A stretch of DNA of 62,684 bases, counting the filler, from an uncultured Planctomycetaceae bacterium (lineage in GTDB: Bacteria > Planctomycetota > Planctomycetia > Planctomycetales > Planctomycetaceae), in the NCBI GenBank assembly GCA_963976765.1. It is 8 parts of 8 records of this genome, joined end to end, with 100 filler letters (N's around TTAATTAATTAA, not from the genome) between each part and the next. Parts side by side here need not be neighbours in the genome. Positions count along the whole stretch, not along the records: positions 9,782 to 19,273 come from CAXBME010000071.1; positions 19,374 to 27,768 come from CAXBME010000073.1; 6 more parts are not named here. One strand, 5' to 3'. Under the pieces are notes generated by a model, which saw only the letters and a list, made by a program, of their open reading frames with translations, searched no databases and had not been told where the DNA came from. Shown piece by piece: positions 9,885 through 20,362 of the stretch. The translations under genes and the position numbers were made by a program. How positions within the stretch are numbered: the first letter of the stretch is position 1; every line of letters begins with the position of its first letter.

Positions 9885-11021
9885 GTGCAGGCTTTCCGCC
9901 CCTTGCTTGACGACCCCGACGGCGTCGCACTGCTCCAGGAATTTCTGGCCGACGGAGACACCGCCACACGTCGATACGCCATCTGCGTCCTGAGTTGTTC
10001 CGAAGTTAAGCCGCGGAGCAAGGCTCCTGGATATCGATCCGTTCAGCGAGCACTCAGCAAACTCGTCCCCGCGTTAATCGCCGCTTCGTACGACGCAGAC
10101 GTCAACGTCAGAACCAAAGTCATCGCCGAAACCCAGGGCTTCGAGAAAGACCATCCGGAAATCATCGACCGCTACGTCGCCATGATCGGTTCTGATGACT
10201 TCGCAGAGGTCTACGACATTTCAGCAATTCTCTTCGACCTTGCCCCCGAACACCGCGAACTCATCGGAAATCGTCACCTGAAGTTTTATATTGACAACAT
10301 CGAAGGATTCCGGGCACGACGCGCTCAGGGCAAAACGAACACTCTGATTGGCAACTATTATTCGGGTGGCCTCGATCTTCTGACAACCGCCATCGAATGC
10401 GGCGTAAAATCACCGCGAATCGACGAGGCCCTTTTCGAGACGCTCAACGACTCGCGAGCCGACGTGAGCGACCGCGCTCAGGCGGCTTATCTGCTGTCGG
10501 CCCATTTCGACCATTCATCCAGATTGACGACCGCTATTGTCGAGTTGCTGACCAGCGACTCGCCTCAACTGGATCAGAATTGCGAAACGGAGGGACATCG
10601 TATCAACCCTGAATTCGGCCCAGGAACTCAGTACTACCAATCTTTGCGAGCGGCGCTTTTTGACGCACTGGGGAATGTCGGACCGGCAGCAAAGACTGCC
10701 ATCCCTGTACTGAATTCATTCCTTGAAACGCAGTTAACCTTTCATGAAAAGCGGCGTCTCAACCAGTCAAGCTCGAACGCTCCCAGCAACTACAATGCCC
10801 TGAAGGCTCGTGAAGCCATTGCAAAGGCCATCGCGGCCCTTCAGAGCCTCGGAATCAATTCCGAATCCATTCGGATCCTTGAAAAATACGTCGACCAGAC
10901 GGTGTTCAAAGGTGGAAACCCTGATCTAAAGGCAATGGCTGCCGAATTGCTTCGCCAGATCCCGCCGAAAGAAACTCAACGTTTACGAAACGAGCCTGAA
11001 GAAGCGTCATCGCAGAACTGA
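9885..11021 (+). CDS. HEAT-repeat-like helical protein, probably 5'-truncated by the contig edge
   Basis: VPALIAASYDADVNVR, LFETLNDSRADVSDRAQAA, ALGNVGPAAKTAIPVL. Confidence 0.7.
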   Translation: MQAFRPLLDDPDGVALLQEFLADGDTATRRYAICVLSCSEVKPRSKAPGYRSVQRALSKLVPALIAASYDADVNVRTKVIAETQGFEKDHPEIIDRYVAMIGSDDFAEVYDISAILFDLAPEHRELIGNRHLKFYIDNIEGFRARRAQGKTNTLIGNYYSGGLDLLTTAIECGVKSPRIDEALFETLNDSRADVSDRAQAAYLLSAHFDHSSRLTTAIVELLTSDSPQLDQNCETEGHRINPEFGPGTQYYQSLRAALFDALGNVGPAAKTAIPVLNSFLETQLTFHEKRRLNQSSSNAPSNYNALKAREAIAKAIAALQSLGINSESIRILEKYVDQTVFKGGNPDLKAMAAELLRQIPPKETQRLRNEPEEASSQN

Positions 11022-11103
11022 CAGACCGTACGCTTTTAAGCGTTGTCGACCGGACGTCTCGAATAGCCAGGCACTGAATTTCGACCAATGGACCGTCAGA
11101 CAA

Positions 11104-11139
11104 AAACAGCTCGCCGCAATCTGATGCGGCGAGCTGTTT
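11104..11139. terminator. Bidirectional intrinsic terminator
   Basis: AACAGCTCGCCGCA-loop-TGCGGCGAGCTGTT between convergent genes. Confidence 0.7.
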
Positions 11140-11169
11140 AAACTCGAAAACTAACTGTCCGACGACGAA

Positions 11170-11916
11170 TTATTTGTCGCGGAAAACTTCATGACAGGCA
11201 TCGCAGGTTTCACCGGATGCGTCGAAAATGGATTTCGCTTTGTCGCCATCGCCGGCTTTGATGGCCGTGTTCAAGCCGCTCATTGCCTGGTGGTACTCCT
11301 TGGACCAGGTTGTCCATTGTGGGAGTTTTGCAGGATCTTTGACTTCGTGAGTATCGGCTTCCATGGCCAGCCCCAGCACGACCAGAACTGCGGCGTTTTC
11401 CGAGTACGTTTCCAGGCGGCGAGGTCGTTTCAGCGCTCGGCGAAGCGTCCCGCCCTGCAGTTCCAGCTCTTCCATCATGCGGTGCATGTTGACCAGCTTG
11501 TTCCACGGATGATCTTTCTCACGCTTTTCACCTTTGCCGGATAGAGCTTCGGTGACGTTCGTCAGTGCGGCCTTCGCATCGTCGAGCTTCTTCGTTTTGC
11601 TGAGAACGAGCGCGGCGTCTCGAAGCCCCGTCGCGTTGATGCCGGACGCTTCGCCGTCTTTGTGCTCGGCCAATGCCTGAGCCAGACAGGCGATCACGCC
11701 AGCGTCACGAGCGATTGCCTTTGCGTCCATTGCCCGCTCAAAGCTCGCCACGTTCGTCAGTGCTTTACCCAGGTCTTCAGCTTTAGACTTTGCGGCCGCG
11801 GCGAGCTCCTCTGCACCAACAGCTTTCGAAACATCAACCGGTGCACCAGCAACACCAACGGAAACGGCACAAGCGGTCGCAGCAAGCAGAGTCAAACAGA
11901 ACAGCATACGTTTCAT
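11170..11916 (-). CDS. Secreted class II cytochrome c (cytochrome c'-like)
   Basis: Signal peptide from MKRMLF, helical body, C-terminal heme motif CDACH. Confidence 0.8.
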   Translation of the reverse strand: MKRMLFCLTLLAATACAVSVGVAGAPVDVSKAVGAEELAAAAKSKAEDLGKALTNVASFERAMDAKAIARDAGVIACLAQALAEHKDGEASGINATGLRDAALVLSKTKKLDDAKAALTNVTEALSGKGEKREKDHPWNKLVNMHRMMEELELQGGTLRRALKRPRRLETYSENAAVLVVLGLAMEADTHEVKDPAKLPQWTTWSKEYHQAMSGLNTAIKAGDGDKAKSIFDASGETCDACHEVFRDK

Positions 11917-12096
11917 GGGAGTATCTCCAGGCAGGTCAGGATTGAATTCATGGAAAATGGTCGGTGCCAAGTTCTTCTTCGCGCCACACTTCCTCAACAG
12001 AAGGCGATTCTTGCGGCAGCGGCCAGGCTGCGTCAAACGACACTTATTCACAAGTCACCAACAGATCGACAGGGACTTGTGCATCACGACCAGCGA

Positions 12097-12822
12097 CTAC
12101 TTCAGCTGGCTCAGACCGACGACACCGACCTCTTCACGACAGGCAAATGGTTCGGCGTAAGCACAGCCAATCGTCCAGCCCCAGTACCGGGCTCGGTCGC
12201 GGATATCGTCCAGCAGAGTCGGGTGTTCGGAGCCTCGCCCCTGAACAACCTGGCTCTCATAACAGGCGACGGCTTTCATCTTTCGGTCAATCGCCGAGCT
12301 GATATCCAGCACGAACGCTGGCTTTGGATGAATCCGCAGATGAATGCTCCAGTAGTAAAAAATCCGTGGTGGCCAGAATCGATCTCCAGTCAGAGGCAGC
12401 TGACCGTCTTCGTCCGTGCGGCTCAACTTGCTCCAGAATCGCGCGGCGTCAACGAGTTCGCTGGCGACGATGTGATCCGGGTGAGCGTCTTCCCAGTACG
12501 GCGCGAGGATCGTTTTCGGCCTGACTTCGCGAAAAACGTTGGCGAGCTTCTGCCGTGCTTCAAGCGTGTGTTGAAGTTGCCGATTTGGTAACCCGAGGTT
12601 GCCTCTCCATGTCAGACCGAGAACTTCCGTCGCGGCACTTGTCTCGGTCGCTCTCTTCTCTCGCGAGCCATGCGGAGTCGGTTCGCCGTCGGTCAACTCC
12701 AGCACTCCGACCGACAGATTCTGCTGCAACGACGTGACGATCGTGCCGCCAACACTGATCTCGGCATCATCCGGGTGCGGAGCGACTACCAATACGTCGA
12801 GGCCGTCAACGGGAATACTCAT
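12097..12822 (-). CDS. bshB1: PIG-L family deacetylase (BshB1-like)
   Basis: [14 protein letters not shown] and CYESQ motifs. Confidence 0.8.
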   Translation of the reverse strand: MSIPVDGLDVLVVAPHPDDAEISVGGTIVTSLQQNLSVGVLELTDGEPTPHGSREKRATETSAATEVLGLTWRGNLGLPNRQLQHTLEARQKLANVFREVRPKTILAPYWEDAHPDHIVASELVDAARFWSKLSRTDEDGQLPLTGDRFWPPRIFYYWSIHLRIHPKPAFVLDISSAIDRKMKAVACYESQVVQGRGSEHPTLLDDIRDRARYWGWTIGCAYAEPFACREEVGVVGLSQLK

Positions 12823-12874
12823 ACTTTCAATCCATCGGTGAATTGCGGATCAACTACAAAAAGCCGGCAACAAG

Positions 12875-12967
12875 TCTGAGTCTGACGCAAAGCCACAAAG
12901 ACGCAACGACTCGCGAAGGAGTTCTTGGCAAATCCTTGAGTCTTCGCCGCTTTGTGTCAGAGTCAGA
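12875..12967. repeat. Intergenic imperfect palindrome (REP-like)
   Basis: TCTGAGTCTGACGCAAAGC...GCTTTGTGTCAGAGTCAGA. Confidence 0.6.
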
Positions 12968-12988
12968 AAGAGGCAGCGGCCAAAAAAG

Positions 12989-13020
12989 AAAGGGCCTCGA
13001 TCCGAAGACCGAGACCCTTT
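12989..13020 (-). terminator. Probable intrinsic terminator downstream of the Cys-rich gene
   Basis: AAAGGGCCTCG...CGAGACCCTTT hairpin followed by a U-tract on the minus strand. Confidence 0.55.
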
Positions 13021-13064
13021 CCACTTATCAATCAGCTTCCGACAGCAAGTGCCGGATCAGTTCT

Positions 13065-14375
13065 CTAGTTCAGCAGACCAAACAGGTTGGCCAGCTTGTT
13101 GTTCCGTCGGATTGGGAAGAGCGAACGAGCACTCTTCTCTTCCGGTGGAGCAGGAGCAACGCCGTTGTCCTGCACTGGAGCAGGAGTCGCTGGAGTTGCT
13201 TCCGGAGCGTGGCAGGATGGGCTGCACGCCGGGCCAGCCGGAGCACAGGCACCACACTTAGGGCCACATGCTGAACCGCAAGCGGCTCCGCATGATGGCT
13301 TGCAGCAGTCAACCACTTCGTAACCGCAAAGTTCCAGAGCTTCTTCAGCTTCGTTGCGAACATTACGATCGCAGTCAGCCAGAGCAGCCGTCAGAGCTTC
13401 GACAGCTTTGTTGCACATGCAGCAGCAGCCGTTGCGACGAACCTGGTCGCCGATTTCATCAGCAGCTTCGCCACGAACCCGCTCGTCGCAATCGTTCAGA
13501 GCGTAGACAAAAGCAGCCATGATTTCCGGATTGCAGTTGCAGTTGAACTTGTCACCCAGTTTGTCAATCGCTTTCGCACGGTGCTTGGCGTAGCAGGCAG
13601 TCTGTGATTCGTAGATCAACTCAGCGATTTCGCAAGCGTCTGCACAGCAACGATCGTCGCCGCAGCAGGCACCTTTGGCACCGCAGGCAGGAGCACAGCT
13701 CGAAGCACACGGAGCGGCACAGTTTGCACCTTTAGGTCCGCAGGCTGGAGCACAGGCTGATGCACATGGAGCAGCACAGTTAGCTCCCTTTGGAGCACAG
13801 GCTGGAGCACATGGTGCGGCACAGTTAGCACCCTTTGGTCCGCAGGCTGGAGCACAGGCTGATCCCTTTGGTCCGCAGGCTGGAGCACATGGTGCAGCAC
13901 AGTTAGCGGCTTTAGGGGCACAGGCTGGAGCACAGGCCGATGCACAAGGAGCAGCACAGCTGCTCGCTTTAGGTGCACAAGCCGGAGCACAGTTGCTCGC
14001 ACATGGAGCGGCGCAGTTTGCACCTTTCGGAGCACAGGCTGGAGCACAAGCTCCGCCGTCAGCTCCACACTTAGGAGCACATGCCGAAGCGGCAGGTGCA
14101 CAGCAGCTTGGTTTTGCCGGGCAGCAGTTGCTCGGCTTGCAGCATGGTGCCTGTTGCGTTGAGACCTTTCTCTGGTACTCGAACGTCGTCCCGCAGCACG
14201 GACGGGCAATGGTTGGTTTACAACAACGAGGTTGGCAAGTGGGGGCACAACCGCAACTCTTGGCGGCTCCGCACTTGCCGCCACCACCGAACATGGAGGA
14301 GAACAGACCAGCATCAGCGCTGGCGTTCATTCCAAGCAGGGCGACTACGGCAGTCAGTGATTGGATCCATTTCAT
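13065..14375 (-). CDS. Secreted Cys/Ala/Pro-rich tandem-repeat protein with a HEAT-repeat domain
   Basis: Signal peptide, repeated CAPACGPKGANCAAP units, ALNDCDERVRGEAA and ALADCDRNVRNEAE HEAT-like motifs. Confidence 0.8.
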   Translation of the reverse strand: MKWIQSLTAVVALLGMNASADAGLFSSMFGGGGKCGAAKSCGCAPTCQPRCCKPTIARPCCGTTFEYQRKVSTQQAPCCKPSNCCPAKPSCCAPAASACAPKCGADGGACAPACAPKGANCAAPCASNCAPACAPKASSCAAPCASACAPACAPKAANCAAPCAPACGPKGSACAPACGPKGANCAAPCAPACAPKGANCAAPCASACAPACGPKGANCAAPCASSCAPACGAKGACCGDDRCCADACEIAELIYESQTACYAKHRAKAIDKLGDKFNCNCNPEIMAAFVYALNDCDERVRGEAADEIGDQVRRNGCCCMCNKAVEALTAALADCDRNVRNEAEEALELCGYEVVDCCKPSCGAACGSACGPKCGACAPAGPACSPSCHAPEATPATPAPVQDNGVAPAPPEEKSARSLFPIRRNNKLANLFGLLN

Positions 14376-15324
14376 TCTTAGCGTCTCCTTGCGCTTGAAC
14401 AGGGTCGCAGCCAGACAGTCCGGGTTGAGGTCTTCAACTTACGGCGTCTCATTTTCCGAAACGTCATGTCACCATGACTTGCCTGTTGATCCTTAAATCC
14501 ACCCCAAAAGGGATGCCCAGGGTTAAGCATCAGCAGGCTCAGGGAGAGACGCCGTTCATGACGCGCGTCACGGTCTCCCGGTCGGACCAGAATTGCCTGG
14601 CCAGCAAAAAAAGTTGACTCGTCTCCAGATTTCAGCAGTCTCGAATTCCCCCAGACTTCGCCTCTGAGGTAATTCACAATTCGCTCTGTTGGAGGGAAAC
14701 GTCCGCCCGCCCTGCATCGGCCTCCTCAAGGACCTCTGCACGACAGACATCTGCTTTCCGAGCGACAGACCAGACCATTCCGAAGCACGCGGCTTTAGTG
14801 ACAGCTTCAGATCGGCCTGATCCAACGAAACTATCGGTTGGCCGATTTAGCCGCCTTAACTTTGTAAGTCGTGAATTCACCTGGAATTAGAACGCCTCAG
14901 CGATCTCATTTTGAGGAATGTTCCGGCTGCGTAAGCTGCGTGAGACTTTGATGCCCGACGAGCCAGCCGATGCCCCCCTTTCCCGTAACACCAGGCAACC
15001 TGTAGCCGCCCTGGCGATCTACATAAGACTGACAGGACTATGCGAATCGATCTGTCAGCGGTCGCCGACTGAGCCACCTGAGTCGAATGCGCAACGCTCC
15101 GGCAGCCTCGATCGCAACCCGTCGTTTGACTTTTTCAAAACAGCATTTCGCCAGATTCAGCCGGCATCGCCTTCTGGCCATCAGCCCCAAAGGAATTCGG
15201 TCCGTCAACAAAGACTACTCGGTACACAACACCCCTCCTCCATGCCCTGCCGGTTGAGATTGCCTCCCGAGAGACCTAATCTGAGCCGTTGCGATTCCCC
15301 CCTGACTTTCCTTCGGAGAACACT

Positions 15325-16083
15325 ATGACACGCTCACTGGCATTCGCACTTGCAACCCTGCTCACACTTTCAGCTCTTCCCGCACTGGCTGCTGACACGG
15401 TGAAAGCTCCCGCCGAATCTGGCGACATGAAGCCAATCTTTAACGGTAAAGACCTGGCAGACTGGGATGGCGACTCTCGACTATGGTCCGTCAAAGACGG
15501 CGTCATTCACGGAGAAACCACCGACGACGCGAAAGCAAACGGCAACACCTTCCTGATCTGGAAGGATGGTGAGCTGAAGGACTTCGAACTGAGACTCTCG
15601 TTCCGCTGCAGTGTCAGCAATAACTCAGGCATTCAGTACCGATCCAGACACATCACCGAAAATGCCCGCAACGAGTGGGTTGTGAAGGGCTACCAGCACG
15701 AAATCCGCAACGAGAACACGCTGCCGAACGTCTCTGGTTTCATCTACGACGAAGGCGGACTGACTGGCGGACGCGGTCGAACCTGTCTGGTCGGTGAAAA
15801 GGCCGTATGGGTTGCCGACGATAAGAAAGGCAGCAAGAAGGTCACCGACACCCTGATCACGGCAGAGGAATACTCAAAGCTGTTCAAGGTCGACGAGTGG
15901 AATGACGTGATCATCATCGCCAAAGGTCGACACATTCAGCACTACATGAACGGTCGCCTGGTTCTCGATTTCCAGGACGCCGAAAAGAACGCCCTGCTCG
16001 AAGGCATCCTCGCCCTGCAACTGCACGCCGGAAAACCGATGTGGACCGAATTCAAAAACATCCGCGTTAAACACATCAAGTAG
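15325..16083 (+). CDS. DUF1080 (3-keto-disaccharide hydrolase-like) protein
   Basis: IFNGKDLADW, NSGIQYR, WND, GILALQLH and FKNIRVK motifs; signal peptide. Confidence 0.9.
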   Translation: MTRSLAFALATLLTLSALPALAADTVKAPAESGDMKPIFNGKDLADWDGDSRLWSVKDGVIHGETTDDAKANGNTFLIWKDGELKDFELRLSFRCSVSNNSGIQYRSRHITENARNEWVVKGYQHEIRNENTLPNVSGFIYDEGGLTGGRGRTCLVGEKAVWVADDKKGSKKVTDTLITAEEYSKLFKVDEWNDVIIIAKGRHIQHYMNGRLVLDFQDAEKNALLEGILALQLHAGKPMWTEFKNIRVKHIK

Positions 16084-16115
16084 AAGCAGTAGCAAGCGAC
16101 TTTCGCACTCAGCTA

Positions 16116-16186
16116 TTTGAAACAGGAGAGAGCAGAGTTAGAGTTCGCATACTTTCTCTGTGTCCTCTGCTTTCTCCTGTTCGAAA
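16116..16186. repeat. Intergenic imperfect palindrome (REP-like)
   Basis: TTTGAAACAGGAGAGAGCAGAG...CTCTGCTTTCTCCTGTTCGAAA. Confidence 0.65.
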
Positions 16187-16483
16187 TCTTCCAGTCGTTG
16201 AGTCATAAGAGCAGAAGCTACGATTACCGATCGGGAGACAATTCGGCGTGTCCATCTCCGTTCAGGAATTTGCTCAACACCTGATCTCCAGCGGGCTGCT
16301 TTCAAGTGACGGCGCGAAAGCACTGTGGGACCAGCACGCCTCGACACAGCCGTTCACGACTGAAAGCTTCGCGACAGCGCTGCAGACATAAGGGCACTTG
16401 ACGGCATTTCAGGCAAAAGCACTTCAAGCTGAAAAGTGTCCGCTGCTGGTACTTGGGAATTACGAGCTGAAAGACATGCTCAG

Positions 16484-16631
16484 TCGAGATCCCGGCCAGT
16501 TCCATCCGCCAATCCTCGCCCCACTACTTGCAGTGCTCACACCCTTCCCCACACAGAACCGCCCGCTGGACACACCGCTAGATGCAGCGGCAATACGGAG
16601 TCACCGAAGAATCCTCCAGAGCCTTCGTCAT
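16484..16631 (-). pseudogene. Degenerate N-terminal fragment of a Y1/RAYT-like transposase
   Basis: Manual translation MTKALEDSSVTPYCRCI*RCVQRAVLCGEGCEHCK*WGEDWRMELAGI resembles the YYHCISRCVRRAFLCG...EHRKQW motif, with two in-frame stops. Confidence 0.65.
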
Positions 16632-16968
16632 CGCAATCACCATCCTCTTGAAACTAATCGACAACCAATCGACACGCCGAACCGTACCACACGCGATCGA
16701 ACCTAAGATCCCTGTCCTAATCTGCTCGTGTGCGCCGGACGCTGCTCAATCTCACTCAAACACTGACGTCACTCGGCGAACACGTCGAACACCATCTGAT
16801 TCTGTGGCTGCTGCCCACTCTGCTCGCGACGGACGAAACAAATACAGACTCTAATCCTACGCGGCCAGAACTTGACGCTGTCCGACCGTCTGCCTAAATT
16901 CCCGCACTAACCAAGCATTTGATCACATCTGCTGACCCGTTCGGGTTGCTAAAGGGGCCATCGCGTCG

Positions 16969-19242
16969 ATGTTTGAAGGTCTTCATTCCACATTGCGAAT
17001 ACTTCTCGATGTGGCCAACGAAGTCATCCCGTTCGATGGTCACCGGGTGTATCTGCGCAGTCTGAATGGTGACGGCGAGGATGTCTGGCATTTTCACCGC
17101 GGGTTTATCGATTCGGAGTGCGAGACGGATAGGTGCCGCGCTCTGATGGCCGAGGTCGAGTCAAGCAAAAGCGAGCGCTGCCGGTGTACGCGAACCCAGA
17201 AAGAATGGACTGGCCTATCTGATCAGGACAAGTACTTCACAAGTCTGAATTTCGACTTCGTGGTCTGCGTTGTCCGATTCCGTTTTGATTCTGCCGAAGG
17301 CTTTGTGGCGATCGCGCGAGACTTCAGTCGTGGCGATTTTTCGCCGGTTGAATGCCGTCAACTTACATCGGCAGCGAGACTACTGGAAGCAGCGGTCGCT
17401 AGACCAGACGGACCTCACTACCAGTTGTTGAAGCGGCTCCAGACGTGCTTCCTGGATCAGAGGACACTTTTGCAGGATTCGCCAAGCGAAAAGGTTCTCG
17501 AAGCCTACATCCAAAAGGTTGCGGTTCTCTGCCATCCGCAGTTATTCGATCCCACGCACCCGGAATTTGATCGCAATCACAACCCAGAGCACACGATCCG
17601 GATCGATCTGAAGCGAGTGTCTCCGAATCACACAGTGATGAGGATTGAAAACACATTCTTCTCAACGAATCCTGATGAATGGCGCCAGTGTCCGAATGGC
17701 TCAGATATTCCGAGACACGAGACACCGTATCTGCTTTCGGAAGAGAACAGCATTGCCACCAGAGTCTTCAAGACCTGTGAGCCAGTCTTTGAGGACGATT
17801 ACCAGGCATCCGAGTTGAAGGCAATTCGGTTGTTCTCTGACACCAGACGACACATTTCAGCGCCAATTGTGGCTGGCCACGGAAAGAACGAATGTCTTGG
17901 CGTTCTGACAATTGAGACAACTGATCCAGATGCTTACTCAGATGTGGTGACAGCTGCGGTAGCCCTTCTCGCTGGACATGCCTTCTGGCCGCTTGATCGC
18001 GCCCGAAAACGAGAAGACGCAGACTCAAAAGCAAGAGAAGTGATTCAGGTAGGCGTGACGAAAGGTGAGTTCCGGGAACAAGCGACTGAAGACGGGATTA
18101 TTGCGTCGCTTCAGGACGGGCTCGAAAAGCTGCGGTATCGCCGTGGCTTTTTCTCGCGTGTCACATACCTGAACGACGCCTACGACGAATTTGAAATCTG
18201 CGGTGATCCCGAAAGATCCTGGGGTGGACCTGAAATGCAGATGCTCGCAGGTCAGCGTGCTCGCATCAGCAGTGATGACCGCGACAAGAATGACTGTCAG
18301 GTCGACGCTGTAAGAACTGGTAAAGCAGTTCCGATCCCGAACCCACGTGATGACGTCAGAGTTCATTCCGAAGTTCAACGAGTGATGGACCTGAATCCGT
18401 TCGCGATCTTTCCGCTGAAGGACCGGCATGATCGCGTCGTCTGGACGCTTCACATCGAACGTGAAGACACCGCTCCGATTGGCAAGACGGACATCGACCT
18501 GGTCAATGAGCTATGCGTCAACGCAATGAAGGCTCGTGACGACTCCAGACACAGCGCATTCGAGCTGCAATGGTTTGAGCTTCTGTACACAAAGGGATTC
18601 TCATCGCGGAAAGCTCTGTTTGAAGAATTTGCAGCGTTCGTCTGTGACGAACCGAACCGCATCGTCACTCGCTGTCGCATCTATACGCTGGACGGCTCGA
18701 ACATCCAGAGGGCTTTACTGCAGCATGGCCGGCATCAAGTCGACGGATTCGATGAAATGGTGCTGGGTGACGAGGTCAGTGCACTTCGCAATGAAATTGT
18801 CGACATGCAGCGTCCCTTGCTCGTCACGCTTCCGAAAGGCCGATGGAAGTTTGACCAGGGGGATGAATTCACGGCGAAAAGATGGGACAAGGATCCGCAC
18901 GAGGACCGCTTCGGTGAACGATCGCAATGGCTTGAACTCCCAGTTGATGTCGGTCACCGCGTAGTGGCCAAAGTCGTGGTCGACTTCTACCGAGAACCGA
19001 GAGATGCGTTCACTCTCGGGGAAGTTCGCCACCTAACACGGCTAGTCCGCCTATTGTCACTTGCCGCCGATACGCTTGAACTTGAACGAGACCGCACAAA
19101 CCTCGTCTCTGTTGGTCTGCAGCACCGGCTTCTTTGGCACCATCTGTTCATAAACTGGCGAGATCTATACATCTATTGTAAGGATGACGAAGTCACTAAA
19201 CAGGACATGCGGTCGCGTCTGATATTGTCCCACGCCGTGTAG
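16969..19242 (+). CDS. Multi-GAF-domain sensor protein, C-terminally truncated by a repeat element
   Basis: GAF-like motifs SIATRVFKT..P...D, HISAPIV..LGVLTIE and FAIFPL; the last codons lie inside the repeated element end. Confidence 0.7.
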   Translation: MFEGLHSTLRILLDVANEVIPFDGHRVYLRSLNGDGEDVWHFHRGFIDSECETDRCRALMAEVESSKSERCRCTRTQKEWTGLSDQDKYFTSLNFDFVVCVVRFRFDSAEGFVAIARDFSRGDFSPVECRQLTSAARLLEAAVARPDGPHYQLLKRLQTCFLDQRTLLQDSPSEKVLEAYIQKVAVLCHPQLFDPTHPEFDRNHNPEHTIRIDLKRVSPNHTVMRIENTFFSTNPDEWRQCPNGSDIPRHETPYLLSEENSIATRVFKTCEPVFEDDYQASELKAIRLFSDTRRHISAPIVAGHGKNECLGVLTIETTDPDAYSDVVTAAVALLAGHAFWPLDRARKREDADSKAREVIQVGVTKGEFREQATEDGIIASLQDGLEKLRYRRGFFSRVTYLNDAYDEFEICGDPERSWGGPEMQMLAGQRARISSDDRDKNDCQVDAVRTGKAVPIPNPRDDVRVHSEVQRVMDLNPFAIFPLKDRHDRVVWTLHIEREDTAPIGKTDIDLVNELCVNAMKARDDSRHSAFELQWFELLYTKGFSSRKALFEEFAAFVCDEPNRIVTRCRIYTLDGSNIQRALLQHGRHQVDGFDEMVLGDEVSALRNEIVDMQRPLLVTLPKGRWKFDQGDEFTAKRWDKDPHEDRFGERSQWLELPVDVGHRVVAKVVVDFYREPRDAFTLGEVRHLTRLVRLLSLAADTLELERDRTNLVSVGLQHRLLWHHLFINWRDLYIYCKDDEVTKQDMRSRLILSHAV

Positions 19243-19273
19243 AAAGTTCCGGTGACGGCGGGTTGATAGATTC
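19221..19273. mobile_element. Terminus of a repeated element (inverse copy of 2-54)
   Basis: Matches window positions 2-54 in reverse complement; lies at a contig end. Confidence 0.6.
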
Positions 19274-19457
19274 NNNNNNNNNNNNNNNNNNNNNNNNNNN
19301 NNNNNNNNNNNNNNNNNTTAATTAATTAANNNNNNNNNNNNNNNNNNNNNNNNNNNNNNNNNNNNNNNNNNNNTTTTCAACGCCGATCAGCTCCCCGAAG
19401 TGGGTCCGTTTTGAACGCCTATCTCCACTTCACCATTTCTTGTCAAGAGAGGTAGAT

Positions 19458-19922
19458 ATGCATCATCTGGACACTCGGATTGCCGCAGTGATTTGCGTCG
19501 TCGCACTATTCGCCGCCAGCGGCTGCTCACAGCCGAAATCTGGAACATACTTCAAGCCCGAAATCACGGCGCGCCATGATGGGTTCTTCTCGTATGACAT
19601 CACGTTCAAGCTGAATGCCGTCAATCGAATCGACTGGAGCCGGGACGCCGACAACCAAGTCACAAATGTCAAGACACCAGTCGTCACTGATCTGCGTGAT
19701 GCCACGCTGAATGTGACAGTTCACTACTCGCAGGGGACAACCCACGAGACGCAGGCGTTCGACGCCAAATGGCAGATCGGCGAGAGCCTGATCGTCAACG
19801 TTCCAATGACTGCGACGATTCAGGGTTACGACATCAAGGGCACCGGCTACCTATACGACGAATCGGGCACGTACCTCGGCACTGTTCCGATCCAATCCAG
19901 TTTCCGAACGACTTCGGAGTAA
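19458..19922 (+). CDS. Hypothetical lipoprotein
   Basis: GAGG RBS, hydrophobic N-terminus with lipobox ASGC. Confidence 0.65.
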   Translation: MHHLDTRIAAVICVVALFAASGCSQPKSGTYFKPEITARHDGFFSYDITFKLNAVNRIDWSRDADNQVTNVKTPVVTDLRDATLNVTVHYSQGTTHETQAFDAKWQIGESLIVNVPMTATIQGYDIKGTGYLYDESGTYLGTVPIQSSFRTTSE

Positions 19923-20014
19923 CCAGCCACCAACGCGGGCCGGCCAATGGGCGGCCCGCTCGGTGCCTTCTTTTTAGCTATCAGTACCAGCAGCCAATTC
20001 TGCGGAGTCTCTCA

Positions 20015-20161
20015 ATGGCCCGACGCAAACACACAACGGTCTACAAAGGCCTTTTCGGAGAAAAACACATCGTAACGAAATATGACCCCGACGGAGGGGG
20101 CTGTTTGATGTGGATCGTCGTCGGCATCATCGCATTTGCACTGCTTCGAGGTTGCTCGTAG
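20015..20161 (+). CDS. Small membrane protein (48 aa)
   Basis: GGAG upstream; MARRKH... with a C-terminal TM segment. Confidence 0.5.
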   Translation: MARRKHTTVYKGLFGEKHIVTKYDPDGGGCLMWIVVGIIAFALLRGCS

Positions 20162-20362
20162 CAAAGATGTTCGGAAATACTACGCTTCCCCAATCACCGC
20201 AACTCGCTCCGGGTTGGTCGACCGGTGCGGCGAAAATTGGTGACACATTATGTTGGAACCGGGTATTGCTGGCGTACTCAATCGGATACACCGGCACGTT
20301 CTTACACTCTAAAACAAGGCCTGAATCTCGGAAAATCCGAAAGAGTGACCTTCAGGAAATGA

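Noticed and set aside
13675..14496. 273-aa GAQAGA-repeat ORF on the + strand
   Set aside because: Antisense shadow of the Cys-rich repeat gene, which has a signal peptide, RBS and terminator.
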